Shown: positions 52,864 to 62,572 of the stretch, one piece after another
How the letters are laid out: each line of letters begins with the position of its first letter
How positions within the stretch are numbered: the first letter of the stretch is position 1
Assembly: GCF_002571385.2 (NCBI RefSeq)
Contig: NW_019217954.1
Location: 129,698 to 193,697 of the forward strand
Length of the DNA: 64,000 nucleotides
Origin: Stylophora pistillata
Lineage: Eukaryota
Direction: 5' to 3'
Made by a program: the position numbers and the translations under genes
Notes under the pieces: model-generated
What the model was told of the DNA's origin: nothing
Seen by the model: only the letters and a program-made list of their open reading frames with translations
Databases searched by the model: none

Positions 52864-53730
52864 CTAAACTCTTCTAATCAAGCGTTTCAGCTCACATCGA
52901 ATGTCGCGCTTAAGGAAACCGTATATAAATGGATTGCTTGCTGAATTACATATGAACAGTATCCTCTGCACGTAAACCACATCCCATGTAATATAATTTA
53001 TGCATTTTAATGAAAAGCAGAGAAGGCGCGCTATGTCAATGGCGTAACAAATCAAAAAGATGAAGACTATGATTCCGAGAGCTTCGGAAAAAAGAGTTAC
53101 ACGACTCCGTAATCTGATGCATTTTGAGTCATTCAAAGAAAAACCATTAAACTGTAGCTGAGAAAGACGGATACTATACCGGTTCTTCTGCCTGTGTGCT
53201 ATGTACAAAGTTCTTAAACAAACTGTAAATAATACAAGATAAGGCGGGAGTTTGAAAGCGAACAATACAACCGCATAAAATATGTTAAGTAACGTATACA
53301 TCCTGGTGCAGTACATCCACGCAAATGGCACAAAGTGGAGAATAAAAGGTAAAATCCACGCTGCTGATATAAAAAACACGTGGCGTCTTTTAGCCTTATG
53401 CTTTGCGTACTTCAGAGGAGTAACGATCGCCATGTACCGGTCAACTGTTAGTGCACAAAGGTTAGTCATAGATAAATTGAGGAATAACCATCGTACCGGG
53501 GTTGTCACACATTTGCTACAAAAGGACGCAGACTCACAAGCCAGACTTGGAAGGTAGGTCAATCCTACACTAAGATCGGCCACAGCAAGCGAAAATAAGA
53601 ACCAGTTGATTGTGTTACGAAGCCGCTTCCTTGAAATAATGAGATACATCATCAAACTGTTTCCAAGGACTGTCAATATCGAGAAAAATCCGCCAAAAAC
53701 CCAAAACGATACGTCCCCAACAGACTCCAT
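52864..53730 (-). CDS. Intronless class A GPCR, tandem paralog of 49974-50897, 288 aa
   Basis: First ATG is at 53730 (the ORF track starts at a TTG at 53817); SLAVAD, DRY, NPFIY; shares blocks MYLIISRKRL, LSMTNLCALT.DRYMAI.TPLKY, ICYAIDIARL with its neighbour. Confidence 0.9.
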   Translation of the reverse strand: MESVGDVSFWVFGGFFSILTVLGNSLMMYLIISRKRLRNTINWFLFSLAVADLSVGLTYLPSLACESASFCSKCVTTPVRWLFLNLSMTNLCALTVDRYMAIVTPLKYAKHKAKRRHVFFISAAWILPFILHFVPFAWMYCTRMYTLLNIFYAVVLFAFKLPPYLVLFTVCLRTLYIAHRQKNRYSIRLSQLQFNGFSLNDSKCIRLRSRVTLFSEALGIIVFIFLICYAIDIARLLCFSLKCINYITWDVVYVQRILFICNSASNPFIYGFLKRDIRCELKRLIRRV

Positions 53731-54012
53731 GTTTGTCGTAGGATTTCTAGAATGAGAACTCGGTTTAATGCTTCTTCTAAAATGATGGCTTTGTAGAAGT
53801 CGGTGACGTCCTTCCAATGACGTTAAAAGTGCGTCCGGATCTGATCACATCGTTTTTAATCAAGCGTCAATTTTTTATCTCTATAATGGAATACTCATTG
53901 TTAATTTATGTTCCCTTCCTGTGACCAATCACTTAGCTGTTGGAGTCCAGTCTGTGAACTTTTCCGTGATAGATAGATAACAAAGTGGAGATGGGCAGGT
54001 CCAAATATTGAT

Positions 54013-54309
54013 AATATAGATTAACCACCGTTAAGAGTTTAAAAGCTGACGTTTCGAGCGTCAGCTCTTCGTCAGAGCGAATGGAGGAGTTGTGGGTCGT
54101 GTTTATGTGTCTATATGCAGAAAAATAGCGTAGCTTCATTTTCAAAAGCTGGGCTCTGACGAAGGGCTAACGTTCGGAACGTCTGTTTTTAAACTCTTTA
54201 CGGTAGCTAATTTACATTACCAAAGCAGTCGATAAAACCAATATTACCTTGTTACTCCAACCGACACAGCACCACAGTTTCTCTAGAAAATCACTCCGTT
54301 TATTCTCTA
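54013..54309. mobile_element. Penelope-derived inverted (head-to-head) insert with two hammerhead motifs, 14-bp TSD
   Basis: GTCCAAATATTGAT at 53999-54012 and 54310-54323; arms homologous to the 59060-59796 family. Confidence 0.8.
54045..54078 (-). ncRNA. Minimal type I hammerhead ribozyme motif (canonical core)
   Basis: GCU CUGACGA A GAGC-UGAC-GCUC GAAA C GUC AGC: stem I GCU/AGC, stem II GAGC/GCUC, palindromic ACGU stem III, GUC cleavage triplet. Confidence 0.75.
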
Positions 54310-55319
54310 GTCCAAATATTGATCATCCGAAACCACCAAAAACTGTTGTGGTACTGAAGTAATGATCAATAGAACTAGCTCGTTGCTCTAATGAAAATGC
54401 TTGAAAAAAAAAAAACTTTTCATATTTGATTTCTTGATGGGTAAAGAACTGCAGTATTTTCCACCAGAAATTTCTTTCTTTTTTTTTCTCTTTATTCTCT
54501 TACTCAAAGTGGTCTGTAAATAGCTCTTCAAACCTGAAATGATTTTTGCCTTCTTATTGCGTCGCATACGATATTAGTCCTCACGCGATGACTTCTTTTG
54601 TCCGGTCCAAGGGAAGTTTTCTGGAGAGCAAATTTGAAATTTTCTGTCATTGAAGATGCGAGGAATTAAGAAAGAAGACCATTGTAAATAGAACAATCGC
54701 GCACAAAAATAATACTTGCTGAGTATAGAAAATTAAAACAAAACTGATTCCCTCACCGCTGACGGATTATCAATAATCTAAAATCCCATTCACCGTACTT
54801 CGTTAGCGTAAATTGAAATTGTCAGCTGTTTTTTTAATGATATTCTTGTTTTTCTTTAAAGCGACTTGGAGGAGAAAAAAGTTAATCGTACGATTGTCAG
54901 GGGATATTCGTGACAGACGGTGTTTCACCTGAAACCCTAATGAGTGTATCTGTTTTCAGTCCAACCTGTATAGAGAGGACTTCGTATTACACTTAGATGC
55001 ACTAAGTTCACACTCAAACTCAGCTCTAGTGTTTACAAGTATATCCACTGGTTGTCGTGGGCAAGAGTGTTCCGATAGACCTTACTGTGGCTTTATCATT
55101 CACACAAAAGATGTTTTATTTGAAAGAACATATCACATGTCCATTGAGGGTGAAGGGAGAAGTTTTACAAAGTTCAATATACAAAATGTACACAGAAAAT
55201 AGTTAAAACTTCACTTTTCTCCTGATTTGTTCAGTTTGGCAAAGCCAGTTTTATTCTTGACTTCTGAGTGTTGTTCATAGATTTCATTAAGTTTACCATT
55301 TACACTTGTTATTGATACT

Positions 55320-55985
55320 GAATAAAGGGGGTAAGTTTCTAAAGAAACTGTGCTACTGCGTCGGTGGTACGTAGTAACTAATGTAAATTGGCCACTGCAA
55401 AGATTTTCAAAGCTGAAGTTTCGAGCGTTAGCGTGGAGGAATTGCTGGTTGCGTGTGTATTTATATGCAGAAAATGAAACCACGCAATTGGTGGTGGGAA
55501 CATGGTAACGAGAATGAATTACATATGATGCACGATCTTCGCAGTAGATAGCGCTATTTGGGGAAAATCAGACCTGAAAAAAAAAAAGTAATAATAAGTC
55601 AGGCCTTTACGGGATTCGAACCACTGACCTCTGCGATACCAGTGCAGCGCTCTACCAATTGAGCTAACAAGCCAACTGGGAGCAGGCCGTTAAGTTGATT
55701 CGTAATAAACCCGTGAAAGTGATAAATCAGATACAATGAAATATATGAAGTTCATATATTTTGAACTGCGGTATTAGATACACATGATGCACGATCCTCG
55801 CAGTAGATAGCGCTATTTAAGCAATAGCGGCGAAAATCAGGCCTGTACGGGATGAATTAGTTGAGTGAAAAGCATTCGTTGATACCGTGGGGATTAAGAG
55901 TGCCGATTTGAAAGATAAACTTTTTTTCAGTCTAAAGTTTTGCGGCTACCTACAGAAGGAAAGGCCGGAGACTGCCATATTTGGC
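55320..55985 (-). mobile_element. Decayed Penelope-like 3' fragment interrupted by a tRNA-related repeat
   Basis: Minus strand near 55860-55980 reads ..KFIFQIGTLNPHGINECFSLN*; 55320-55520 is homologous to the PLE terminal repeat. Confidence 0.7.
55522..55851 (-). mobile_element. tRNA-containing repeat/SINE (tRNA-like head 55601-55673, GGT anticodon-like loop) with partial direct repeats
   Basis: GGCTTGTTAGCTCAATTGGTAGAGCG..CTGGTAT..GGTTCGAATCCCGTAAAGGCCT; flanking direct repeat ATGATGCACGATC.TCGCAGTAGATAGCGCTATTT at about 55525 and 55784; 8-bp TSD ATGAATTA at 55514 and 55852. Confidence 0.75.
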
Positions 55986-56907
55986 ATGGCAGTCTTTGCG
56001 CGATCAAGGTTTGAAGAACTATTTATAGACCACTTTGAGTAAGAGAATAACTATTGACCTCTTAAACCGCAGGGGAAAGGATCAGATATCAACGTATAAC
56101 CAGTATTAAATGGCGAAAAGAGGGATGAAACCAAGCACGTTGACATATCAACTACTTTATTGTAGCTGCAGTCCTTTAAATACGCTTCTCACGCTCTCAT
56201 ACAACGGCTCTGTGCGTGAACTCCTTCACATCTATTGGGCACTACTTCAAGAGGCATCATCTATTTACAATCGAAACACTGAAAAAGGGAAGAGTGAGGA
56301 CCGTGTTCATGATGATCACAAATAAGCTCTGACAAGAGAGGATAAAGTGCACTTTCTCCTCACTTAGCTCTAGAAACAAATTCTGAGTGTTATGTTTCAA
56401 TCTGCATTTTGTCCCAACAAGTTTCATTCGAGATTGACGATCGATACTTTGATTTCAGTCTGAAAAAATAGAACTCACTGATTGTAGTTCAGTTTCACTT
56501 GCAAGATGGTGAACGTTTATCAAGATAAATACGCTTTTCTATCATCAGTTAATGTGTTAAGTACACAGATTAACATTAATGGTATATCAAATATCGAATA
56601 ATGAGACACAAAAAAGAGCTTTCCCTCTATTAAGATGATAAATCTACAATGAATGGCGATAACTCGAATAAACGAATTATTGAAAAGCCGTACAAACGTT
56701 TTCTGTTTCCGGATCTTGAATTTTTTAGGTCTCAAGACGCCCACAATAAAATTCCAGAAAAAATTTCAGTTTTTCCTTTTTACCTGTTCAATAAAGACCT
56801 AAGTTTCTTGTTTTGAATGTGAAATTATTACGGCAGGTTTTCATTTCTTTTTCAGTTCAGTTGCATGGCGAAAATTTTGACTAAGAGAATATCATAACAA
56901 TTGAGGT

Positions 56908-58065
56908 CTAGTTCTTTGCAGTTATTCTTGTAGCTCTGACTACTTCGTTGGTTCCACAACTGGAGATAACTGATGATTTAGACAAAGAAAGGAAGAATGA
57001 TCTATTTGCGAGTTGCGATGACATCGAAGGAGACCGAAGTTGGAGAACGTGAACTTCATAAAAATCGTGCGCTCTTCTAAAATAACGGCAGCAAATTAAA
57101 TTTTTGAAAAGGTTAACAAATCTCTCAATATTAATCACGATTGAGCCAAAAATAAAGGGGTTGACCAGAGAATTTGTGTAAGTGAGTATGTTACTAAATG
57201 TTGCCACTTTGTTGAACAAATCGTGGGGATTCTCGGAGCCGTTACCAAAATCGTGCCACAGCCAAGTAATATGCGTTGGTAACATGCAGATTGCAAATAC
57301 AAGAACAGCTATCACGAATGCCTTTACAATTGTGTAGTTTCTCTCCAATCTTTCATCAATGGATTCCTGAGAGAATGTTCTCGTTCCTCTTTGTCGTTTT
57401 ATCTTTAAGGACCTCGTATCTTTTTGTAGTGCATAAATCGTGAAAGCGTAGAGAAAAGCCATGATACTCAAAGGTATAAAGTAAAGGACGATGAAGATGA
57501 TGACGGTAAACATCTTGACAAAGTAGGCGTTTGGCCATTCTTCACTGCATATGGATCCTTTCAACTTCAGGACAAGTGATAGAGGCAGGACCATCAGACC
57601 GGATAAAAGCCATATTAAAGCAATGACAATCAAACCAGTTTTAACTCGTATTCTTGGCTTCATTGGAGTAACTATCAGTCTGTAACGTTCAACGCACATG
57701 AATACCAAAGTCGTGACGGAGACATAAACAAGTACGGATTGAAATGGGTAAATAATGCGGCAAAGAAAGGCTCCGTAAGGAAACTCGCCGGTCAACTGCT
57801 CTCCAATATCAAAAGGAATGCTTATAAGGCACGTTCCTGCATCGGTGGCCGCCAGGTTCAGTATTAGATACTCGTGGAGCTTTTTCGTCCTCCGTTTAAA
57901 AATTGTTCTTAAAACGAGAAAATTTGCGGCTGATCCTAGAAGAGCAATCAAAATCAGCAGTGAAACTGCTATAGGTACCGTCTTCTCTTGTCTCCCTTGT
58001 TGACCTCCATTTCTTTGATGCACTTCTACAGTGGTGTTGTTGGAAAGAAGATTTGCGTGATCCAT
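56908..58065 (-). CDS. Intronless class A GPCR, neuropeptide-receptor-like, 385 aa
   Basis: N-glycosylated N-terminus (NNTT), NLAATD, TM3 Cys (FLCR) and ECL2 Cys (CSEEWP), ERY, CMLP, NSLVNPFIF, Ser-rich C-tail. Confidence 0.9.
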   Translation of the reverse strand: MDHANLLSNNTTVEVHQRNGGQQGRQEKTVPIAVSLLILIALLGSAANFLVLRTIFKRRTKKLHEYLILNLAATDAGTCLISIPFDIGEQLTGEFPYGAFLCRIIYPFQSVLVYVSVTTLVFMCVERYRLIVTPMKPRIRVKTGLIVIALIWLLSGLMVLPLSLVLKLKGSICSEEWPNAYFVKMFTVIIFIVLYFIPLSIMAFLYAFTIYALQKDTRSLKIKRQRGTRTFSQESIDERLERNYTIVKAFVIAVLVFAICMLPTHITWLWHDFGNGSENPHDLFNKVATFSNILTYTNSLVNPFIFGSIVINIERFVNLFKNLICCRYFRRAHDFYEVHVLQLRSPSMSSQLANRSFFLSLSKSSVISSCGTNEVVRATRITAKN

Positions 58066-59059
58066 TCCAAGAGGAGGCTCTGACCCATGTGGAAAGGTTT
58101 GAGATAAACAGTTTTATGTAGTTTCAAATCATGATCATACACATAAATGAGACATTTCATCAATGACAGCCAGTTCTTTCACTCATGACGCGCGGTAGGG
58201 GTCGGGGTCGTTATACTAAAAGTTTAAAGTTTCACTTAATATTATCGATACTAACCTTCCTGGTTATCTCCGGTGGTTTCAGCTTGCAGCTTTGCATGTA
58301 CCCTGCCGGAAAGTGATATGATATTGTATCCACTCACATAGATCCAATTTAAAAGAGAGAATTTAGAGTGCTATATTCAGAAGATTATATGACACGTCTT
58401 CGGTTCTTATCCTAAATCAACGGTACCTGAGAACAACTAGGAAACAACCTTGAGACTTTGTCTGTTGTTTATTATGAGGGTGTTCCCAATTACCCTCTAG
58501 AGCCTCCCTCTCGCTTAAAAGTTGAGCCGAGGAAAGCAGGTTTTCTTTTTTTAAGGGGGGTATGTTTTCTGTCTTCTATAACTTTTATAAATAGCTTTCG
58601 GAAACGGGTAGGTTGGTCGCTTGAATACTGCGTTATTTCAGTCTTGATGGACAGTCGTGGTCAAAAAGGAAGCGGGTGCGTTGCAAATTACATTTTTCCT
58701 AATTATCGATTCCAAACGCTTTGAGGTCACGTCTCGTTCCGTAGCCTCGACTAACGTCGGTTTTAAAAGCCATAGCCATTTGTAATATTTACTAACATGA
58801 ACTTAGGAAGCTTTGTATCGGGAATTTCTTTCACCCCTCTATTAGCTATGGTCTAGGGGATACTTTCTGTGCCATTCTGCCAACCACCTGATGGCTTTGA
58901 TTGTCCTAATGGCGTGTTAATGAACACGCAGAAATCTAAACTACCCAATAGTAAATAAAAATACATGAAAACACGTTGAGTCGATGGATTTCAAGCGATA
59001 ACTAGAGCTCTTAAAATCTATGCAGCTTATTTTTATTTTCGAAAGCTAAGTGTAATGAA

Positions 59060-59796
59060 ATAATTTGAATATATCAACAAAGTTGAAATGGTAAATTGGC
59101 CACCGTTACGATTATAAAAGCTGACGTTTCGAGCGTTAGCTAGTTAGCCCTTCGTGGGAGCGAATAGGGGATTTGTGGGTTGTGAGTGCTTTTAAAGGCA
59201 GAAAAAGGAGCTACGTGATTGGTGGGAACATGGCAACGAGAAAAACACGAATAAATTAGTGGAATGATAAGTGTTTGTTGATACCTGTGAGATTTAGACT
59301 GCCGGTTTGAAACATGAGCTTTTGTTCAAGAGTTTTCCGGCTTTCCGTGCTACCTAAGTGTAAGGAAAGACCGCAGATTGCCATGTGTTGCTTTGAATGG
59401 TTAGGAAAATTAAAATGTCTAGCGACTGGTTTCGATGTGTCCTTGTCATTCCTTTCCACGTCATTCCTCTCCGCGTTCGCGGAAAGCTCATCTTTCAAAC
59501 CGGCAGTCTAAATCCCACAGGTATCAACGAACGCTTTTCATTCCACTAATTTATTCGTGTTTTTCTCGTTGCCATGTTCCCACCAATCACGTAGCTCCTT
59601 TTTCCGCCTTTAAAACCACACACAACCCACAAATCCCCTATTCGCTCCGACGAAGGGCTAACGCTCGAAACGTCAGCTTTTATAATCGTAACGGTGGCCA
59701 ATTTACCATTTCAACTTTGTTGATATATTCAAATTATTTCGTTACCCCCACCGACGCAGCCCCAAACAGTTTCTTTAGAAACTATCAGCCTTTATT
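59060..59796. mobile_element. Penelope-like element remnant: inverted terminal repeats plus GIY-YIG C-terminal fragment
   Basis: Inverted arms about 59057-59322 and 59483-59740; minus-strand peptide KPVARHFNFPNHS..MAICGLSLH..ESRK.LEQKL.FQ.GSLN..GIN is typical of a PLE endonuclease end; 13-bp TSD TAA(G/A)TGTAATGAA at 59047-59059 and 59797-59809. Confidence 0.85.
59644..59677 (+). ncRNA. Minimal hammerhead motif, U4C core variant
   Basis: GCT CCGACGA AGGGC TAAC GCTC GAAA CGTC AGC. Confidence 0.6.
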
Positions 59797-60079
59797 TAAA
59801 TGTAATGAAGCTTATTACACTCAAGTTTCGCTACACCTTGATTTCGTGATTTTTGCAATTTACTAAAACGTGCGTCATAAACCTTTGCATGTGCGAAAAT
59901 GAAGTAAGCAGCGGAGATTTTAAGAGCTTTAGTCATCGTTCGAAATCCATTCACTCAAAGTGCTTTCTTTGATTTTCGAGAGCACGCTAAGGCATCTTTT
60001 ACACATTTCTTTGTTGAGGAAATCGCGAAAACAAGGTGTCGCAAAAATAAAGTCTAATAAGGCTAGTCAGTATGCGCTA

Positions 60080-60402
60080 TTATTATATGGCTGTGTCTCA
60101 CAAGGACTGGGAACTAACGAATTCACAAATTTGATTGGTTGAAATCAATATTGAAAGCGGTCTAGATTTTCCCATCTAGACCGGCATCTAGACCGGTCTA
60201 GAAAAGAAAGTTACAAAGAATATTTTCCGTCGCTTTCTAGACACAGCCATATAATAAACATCTTATTAACCGAGCTAGGTCGGTCTGTGTGGGAGAATCA
60301 TGACCTCAGTCGCTGATAGAGACCTCACTGCGTTCGTTCTGTACTGGCGACCCCGGTCAAGATTCTCCCATACAGACCTCCCGCTCGGTTAATAAGAACT
60401 AT
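60080..60402. mobile_element. Hairpin plus internal-complement element, reverse orientation
   Basis: TTATTATATGGCTGTGTCT / AGACACAGCCATATAATAA; junction TAATAA-ACATC-TTATTA at 60252-60268; CTTATTAACCGAGC...GCTCGGTTAATAAG. Confidence 0.7.
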
Positions 60403-61543
60403 ATATTAACCTTATCAGAGTTGCTCCAGTAACATGTTCAGAGAGAATTACAAGTTATATCGTACAAAACTTGACATTTAAATGTGTGTCTTACTGACAG
60501 GTTTAGTAATGACATGGGTACTTGCCAAATTTATGGCAAGGTAAACGCAAAGAGCTTAGTAATTGGTTTCGGGAAAAAAATTAATTATATCGATAGATAA
60601 AATGGTAACAACACCAGTCAAACGATAACATTATTGGCAGTAACCTACGAGTTTTTTCACGACCTTACAAAAAACAGCATTAATTATATTTCTCGACTTT
60701 GGTGCGAGTGTCACTGTTCTCCATTTTTTTTTTTTTTAATAAAAATAAGGCTTCTTTATGTTCATCATCTCTGACAGCTTTTACGTCAATAATCAAGTCA
60801 TGATCGAGCTGATATAAAATTTAATTAATGATACTTTGCGTTGTAATTATATTTCTACATGTGCTAGTTTATAGTGGCAATATTCTGGATGAAATTTTCA
60901 TCATATCTGACTCGTTTTGATAAACATAACTGACTTATTCTTACGTTATTTGGAAAAAAAGCTATGGGTCGGTTTTATTTCTGCTTATTTTTGTAAACCT
61001 TTTGTTTCCGCTAGAATGATAAAGTAGGAAATGTTCCAAAAATCTACATCGAGTTGGGAATGGCCTTCTGCCTGGGTAAACAAAGCCATCATATCAGGAA
61101 GTCATGTGCCTTACGAGAATGAGGAACATGACTGTTTTACATGGGCAGGTGTAACAGGGAGATGCAATTATCCGGCAGAATGGCTGTTACATGTCTAATT
61201 GCTGCACGTTCAATTTACGGCGAGCTCAGGCCCGAGAAAGCAACTGTTTAGGGCCCCTGTTGGTTAAGAATTGAAGCTAACTCATGAAAATTAACTTTCA
61301 ATTCCATATTCACTTAAGTTTTTCGTTATACCACACGCGTTTACTATCGAAAAGATTAAATAAAAAGAAAAAAGTCATTGGCTCAAGAAATTAACAGCCA
61401 TGAGTGATCTTTCCAGTATTTATCTTTCTCTTAAGAAAAATACCAAATTTTCAGTCTTTTTTGTAAGACTCATGTCAACATTGAAAGTTGTTTTTCCTTG
61501 ATCCTGCACAATTTCATTACTTTAGATAATACAGCAATTGCAT

Positions 61544-62572
61544 TTAGAAAGTCAATGCACAAGCGCGAGACCTTCTCCTGTTAGCAATAGTTGCTCTCGT
61601 TTGAAGGATAGAATTGTCCTCGATCATTTCCAAAGACTGCCGGCTAGGAGCAACTTGGTTCAAACTTCTTCCTCTTTTGAGAGGCAGACTGTTCAAAACA
61701 GCTTCTCTGAAGGCAGGAATTTGCCAAGAATAAAGAAAAGGATTGAGGCTTGAGTTAAGCCAGATGAAAACATACTGAAGATCTCGAAGCCAGTGAATCG
61801 TAACACAGCTGCAACTGTGGCAGAGGTTTAAAGTATAGATAATCACGCACGAAGGGGTGTAACAGATGAGGTAAGCAGCGAGTATAAGCACGAATGTCTT
61901 CGCTATGCGCCTTTCATGTTCAAGAGCCCTTCTATTTGCGCTTTCACAGTTCATACCGGAATGGAGATGCGAAGACCTCTGAAACTGTGTACGAAGTTTG
62001 TGATAAACGGAGATGTAGGAGAAGAAAAATATCAGTATGGTGGCAAAAATTGCCATATTGGCGAAAACAAAAGCGTATTGAATGAATCCTATTTCGAAGT
62101 ACAGCACTGACGGCAGGGAAATGGAAACAATCCAAACGAAGATCGATACAGCGAGAGCATGGCTTGGGCGTATGTTGTTCCTGTAAATGACTGGATGCGC
62201 GATGGCGATGTAACGATCGGCAGCCATTGCTGTAAGGCTGAGAGTTGATGCCGTGCAGCAGATGAAATAAGACACATGAGCCACTGCAAGAACTGGCAAG
62301 TCAGGATGATTTGTTAATGCTTCCAGCAGGTGTACATTGGTAGATATCGTCAGCACGATAAGTCCAACAACGAGGTCGGCAAAAGCCAAATTGACTACCA
62401 AACAGTTGAACGCATTCCGTAGTAACTTTCGTCGCTGCTTGTACACCGCCCAACAGATGAGAAAGTTTGTGGGCACTATGAAGAAAAACAGAACAAAGGA
62501 AATGACCGTCGTGAGGAACGAAAGTGATATTGGAGGAGATACACTGGAGCAGTCTTTCTTGTAAAGCAACAT
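61544..62572 (-). CDS. Intronless class A GPCR, same subfamily as the DNAH1-nested receptor, 342 aa
   Basis: First ATG is at 62572 (the ORF track starts at a GTG overlapping a TTTCAG acceptor); NLAFAD, DRY, CYTPS, NLCHSCSC, NPFLY; aligns by eye with 7865-8836 (SYFI.CTAS, YFE.G, FVFAN, IH..RD.Q.VF). Confidence 0.92.
   Translation of the reverse strand: MLLYKKDCSSVSPPISLSFLTTVISFVLFFFIVPTNFLICWAVYKQRRKLLRNAFNCLVVNLAFADLVVGLIVLTISTNVHLLEALTNHPDLPVLAVAHVSYFICCTASTLSLTAMAADRYIAIAHPVIYRNNIRPSHALAVSIFVWIVSISLPSVLYFEIGFIQYAFVFANMAIFATILIFFFSYISVYHKLRTQFQRSSHLHSGMNCESANRRALEHERRIAKTFVLILAAYLICYTPSCVIIYTLNLCHSCSCVTIHWLRDLQYVFIWLNSSLNPFLYSWQIPAFREAVLNSLPLKRGRSLNQVAPSRQSLEMIEDNSILQTRATIANRRRSRACALTF

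Larger units (their letters stand above)
58968..59966. mobile_element. Older inverted-repeat element (about 74-bp arms) that hosts the Penelope insert
   Basis: 58968-59041 is an imperfect reverse complement of 59894-59966 (ATGGATTTC..GCTCTTAAAATCT / AGATTTTAAGAGC..GAAATCCAT). Confidence 0.65.

Noticed and set aside
54153-54183. Additional active hammerheads (also about 55411-55432, 59119-59161, 10272)
   Set aside because: Core mutated or incomplete (GGAA for GAAA, insertions, missing CUGA)
55601-55673. Functional tRNA-Thr(GGT) gene
   Set aside because: Mismatched anticodon and T stems, embedded in a TSD-flanked repeat; treated as repeat-derived
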